From assembly GCA_030390025.1 (NCBI GenBank), contig CM059432.1:133736001-133800000 (forward strand): 64,000 bases of DNA. Direction: 5' to 3'. Position numbers and translations under genes: made by a program. Of the stretch, positions 61,131 to 64,000 are shown in pieces. This DNA comes from Squalus acanthias. Taxonomy: Eukaryota. The notes under the pieces were generated by a model, which worked only from the letters and a program-made list of their open reading frames with translations, had not been told where the DNA came from and searched no databases. The first letter of the stretch is position 1, and every line of letters starts with the position of its first letter.

Positions 61131-63584
61131 TAGGCATTAATGCTTGGTCAAAGCTGCATTCCTAAATTAAGCAAAGTGGCTGAAATATATTTTAAAGGGA
61201 CATCGCTAAAACTTGAAAGTCATTGTATAAGCCTCTTCCCTCTGTTTACAAATATTCACATTATGAAAGCAAAGCTCATGTCACAGACAAGCACAGTAGG
61301 TTGACAATGTCAGAGTTCTGCTTGCTTGTGACATATGACCACCTTTGCCACTGTTGGCACTCGTGGAAATGGGGGGGTGGGGGGAAGCCATAGCAACATC
61401 TATTGCCAGTATTTATTATTCGCAGCTTTATTCCATGTCAACACAATCCTAAGTTCAGTTAGATTCTGCGCCCACTGCTTATTAAGAACAACTGCAGGGT
61501 CTGCACCCGAGCTGCTCAGTGGTGAATGAAGTTCAGCATGTACAAGGTTCTATATACTAGAGGTACCAATCAGAAGGCATGTACACTCCATGGATGAGAC
61601 AGAACTTACCAAGTTCTACCATAGCCACAGCTTTCTCTTTGCCACTCTCAACAATGAAATTAAAGGTCTTTGCCATTACTTTTCCGAAACACACTCGAGG
61701 AGTGTGAGACCAGTGTTATTTAGATTGACCGCATTTCCGGTGCCAACATTAATAGAAAAATGAGCGAAGGATTGTCCCAACGGAAATCCGGCAAATTTCC
61801 ACGGAGCAGCGTTAACATAAGATACTCCAGATAAAGGGTTACTGACACCGCTTCTCCTAAAATATGGCCAATTATCACGAGGAAGATGACACCAAGCTTT
61901 ACACAGTTACCCCTCTGAGAAACGACGAGAGTACGTCTTCAATAGGTGCAACCCACTCACTGGCACACTTAACGAACAAATTGGAGAATTGCCCTATGAT
62001 GGTTACTGAAACAATCAGTCACATCTACTCTGGTTATAAAAGGGCCTTGAGCTTATTAAAGAACAAGCTGCCGTGCTCCCTATTTCAGCAGAAAGCACAC
62101 TGGCAACGACAATTTAATGTTCTGCATTCATGATCTTTAAGCTGCTTTTTAACAAAATATCCAATGATACCTATCAAGCAAAATTGGCCAAATGTATTCA
62201 TGCATTTGATTCTGATGAACTGCCGTGGACTGTGCCTCCACAATCTAAAGCTAAATCTTATTGCAAGATGTCAAACACAAGCTGTTATTTTGTCACATTA
62301 TTTGTATTTATACTAGAAATGGATTTCGGAAAAAGTAATTGTCTGATAGTCTTTGAAATGAGCTCAACACAGCATCTGGCATAATATCAAAATATAATTT
62401 TCTTTTCAGATTACAGGATTATGACCTTCTTCCCTCTCCCTCCCCCCCCCCCCTCCTCACAAACAAAAAATGATGGATGATTTGTCAGTAACAATATTAC
62501 AAATCTACACTCCAATTACACAAGAATTTGGACTTGTGTGTGATGGAATGCAGTTTTACCACCTAACCTAAATACACTACTGTGCACTTATACTTATACA
62601 GAATCACTTATACTGGAGATTATTTTTTTTACCAGTTGAAATATTTCCTAAACAAATAATGGCCTTGTGTTAAAGGAATACTGCACGATAAGGCCCAGCA
62701 ATGACCTCATCCTTCCTTGAGTATTGTGGGAAAAGTACCATTAGTCTGATATCTATTTTGCTGGGATATTTTTAATTAATGTTTCGATTGAAGTGGAACA
62801 GCAGTGGCTGCTGGGAGCTATTGCCAAGAGAATAAATGTGTGTTTCCTGCTCCAGCCTCAGAAATATTATAAAGATGGCGGATCCCAATCGGGCGTCCAA
62901 CCACTGTGTAGTGAGATTCTTATTAAACTTCCTTCTGATGGTATTTTTTTGGTCATTTCTTTGTCACCTTTCTATGTAATTTGCCTCCTCCATCTGCCTG
63001 GGCCTAACCCCTCAACAGCTTCGAGGCCAGGTACAAAATCTGCTTCTAGGCCCCCTTGCAGTTATCACAGGCTGCTCCTCTAATGTTCCCTGATCACCAC
63101 CACACCCCTGCCACCCCCCCCCATCCCACCCCACCTCCGAAGAGTTGCCACTGCTTCTACTCAGCATTTCCCCGTCATGTTGCTAGATTCACTAAACCCC
63201 ATTCCATGAGGTTTCCTTAAAGTCTCAAGATTTCTTTTTACCTAATTGGAGACAGGTGATATTTTTAACCTTCTAGAGTGAGGCATCATAGGGCTTTCTC
63301 CTGTGGTTATTTGTTGAAATATTTCACTCTGATCATTCACCCTCTTTGTGTCTGTGTTACATTGTATTATTTGTGCTGCATGTGCACTTTTTGCATGTTG
63401 TGCTGGGCCACCCATAAAATATGTCGAGGGCTCAATGCACCAGAGCCTGATCTATAAACATGGAATCAAAACAAAATCCCCACAATCAACGTGAAGAGCT
63501 GACTGCAAAATGTGAGTGTGGCATAACTTTTTAACAACACACAACTTAAAGAGCTTACAGGTGAGTTGTCTGCTGATATTTTAC

Positions 63585-63674
63585 CTGGTATACTGGCGTC
63601 CAGGTTTCCCGCCTCGTCTTCGATAAGCTTCAGTAGTTTTAGATAGAAATCCATATCATCATTCTTGTCAGGTG
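63585..63674 (-). CDS. OFCC1: OFCC1-like protein, internal coding exon A (xPDKNDDMDFYLKLLKLIEDEAGNLDASIP)
   Basis: Acceptor ttttgctcttcag| and donor |gtaaaa; 90 nt, phase 1-1; joins in frame to exon 60518-60681. Confidence 0.8.
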
Positions 63675-64000
63675 CTGAAGAGCAAAAATAAATTAGCAGC
63701 GAAACTCTTGCAACAACCCCATGCACAGACGCACGCATTTACTTTCAGCTCTGTCAAACATAGTCTGATTTTATCTTCACCATTAGCATTGCCATAATAC
63801 TAATGGCAATTCTTTGCCCTGGAGTTCACATTTGTTATGATATATATACAGTTTAATGTTGCAACATTTTAATACTTACATTTTCTTAAAACACTTCCGC
63901 ATGCCAGCACTATTCTCAAAGCTCAAGAGTGAAGCACAGGTAAGCCCTGGGCCATTCCTCCTGGACGCTTTTATATGCAGATAATTAAAAAAGGACTTTA

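Overview
Eukaryotic, repeat-rich vertebrate DNA. The repeat repertoire (Deu-domain SINEs, an HE1-type V-SINE, CR1, L2 and RTE LINEs, Penelope-type palindrome) points to a shark or other cartilaginous fish. The window lies inside one large minus-strand gene: six GT-AG exons (63585-63674, 60518-60681, 59777-59926, 28171-28247, 20598-20715, 15092-15331) splice in frame into about 279 aa that I recognise as OFCC1-like; both gene ends lie outside the window. The introns hold a very young intact Gypsy LTR retrotransposon (identical 183-bp LTRs, 5-bp TSD). It has no tRNA primer-binding site but a self-complementary one, and a YLDN RT motif. They also hold a young CR1 LINE with an intact 983-aa ORF2 plus a near-identical, doubly truncated sister copy, decayed PIF/Harbinger transposons, and many Harbinger-type MITEs (3-bp TSDs). 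The MITEs carry covarying internal hairpins, a fixed-spacing E-box/CCAAT module and strong splice donors. Family names come from recall rather than database searches, and boundaries of old repeats are approximate.
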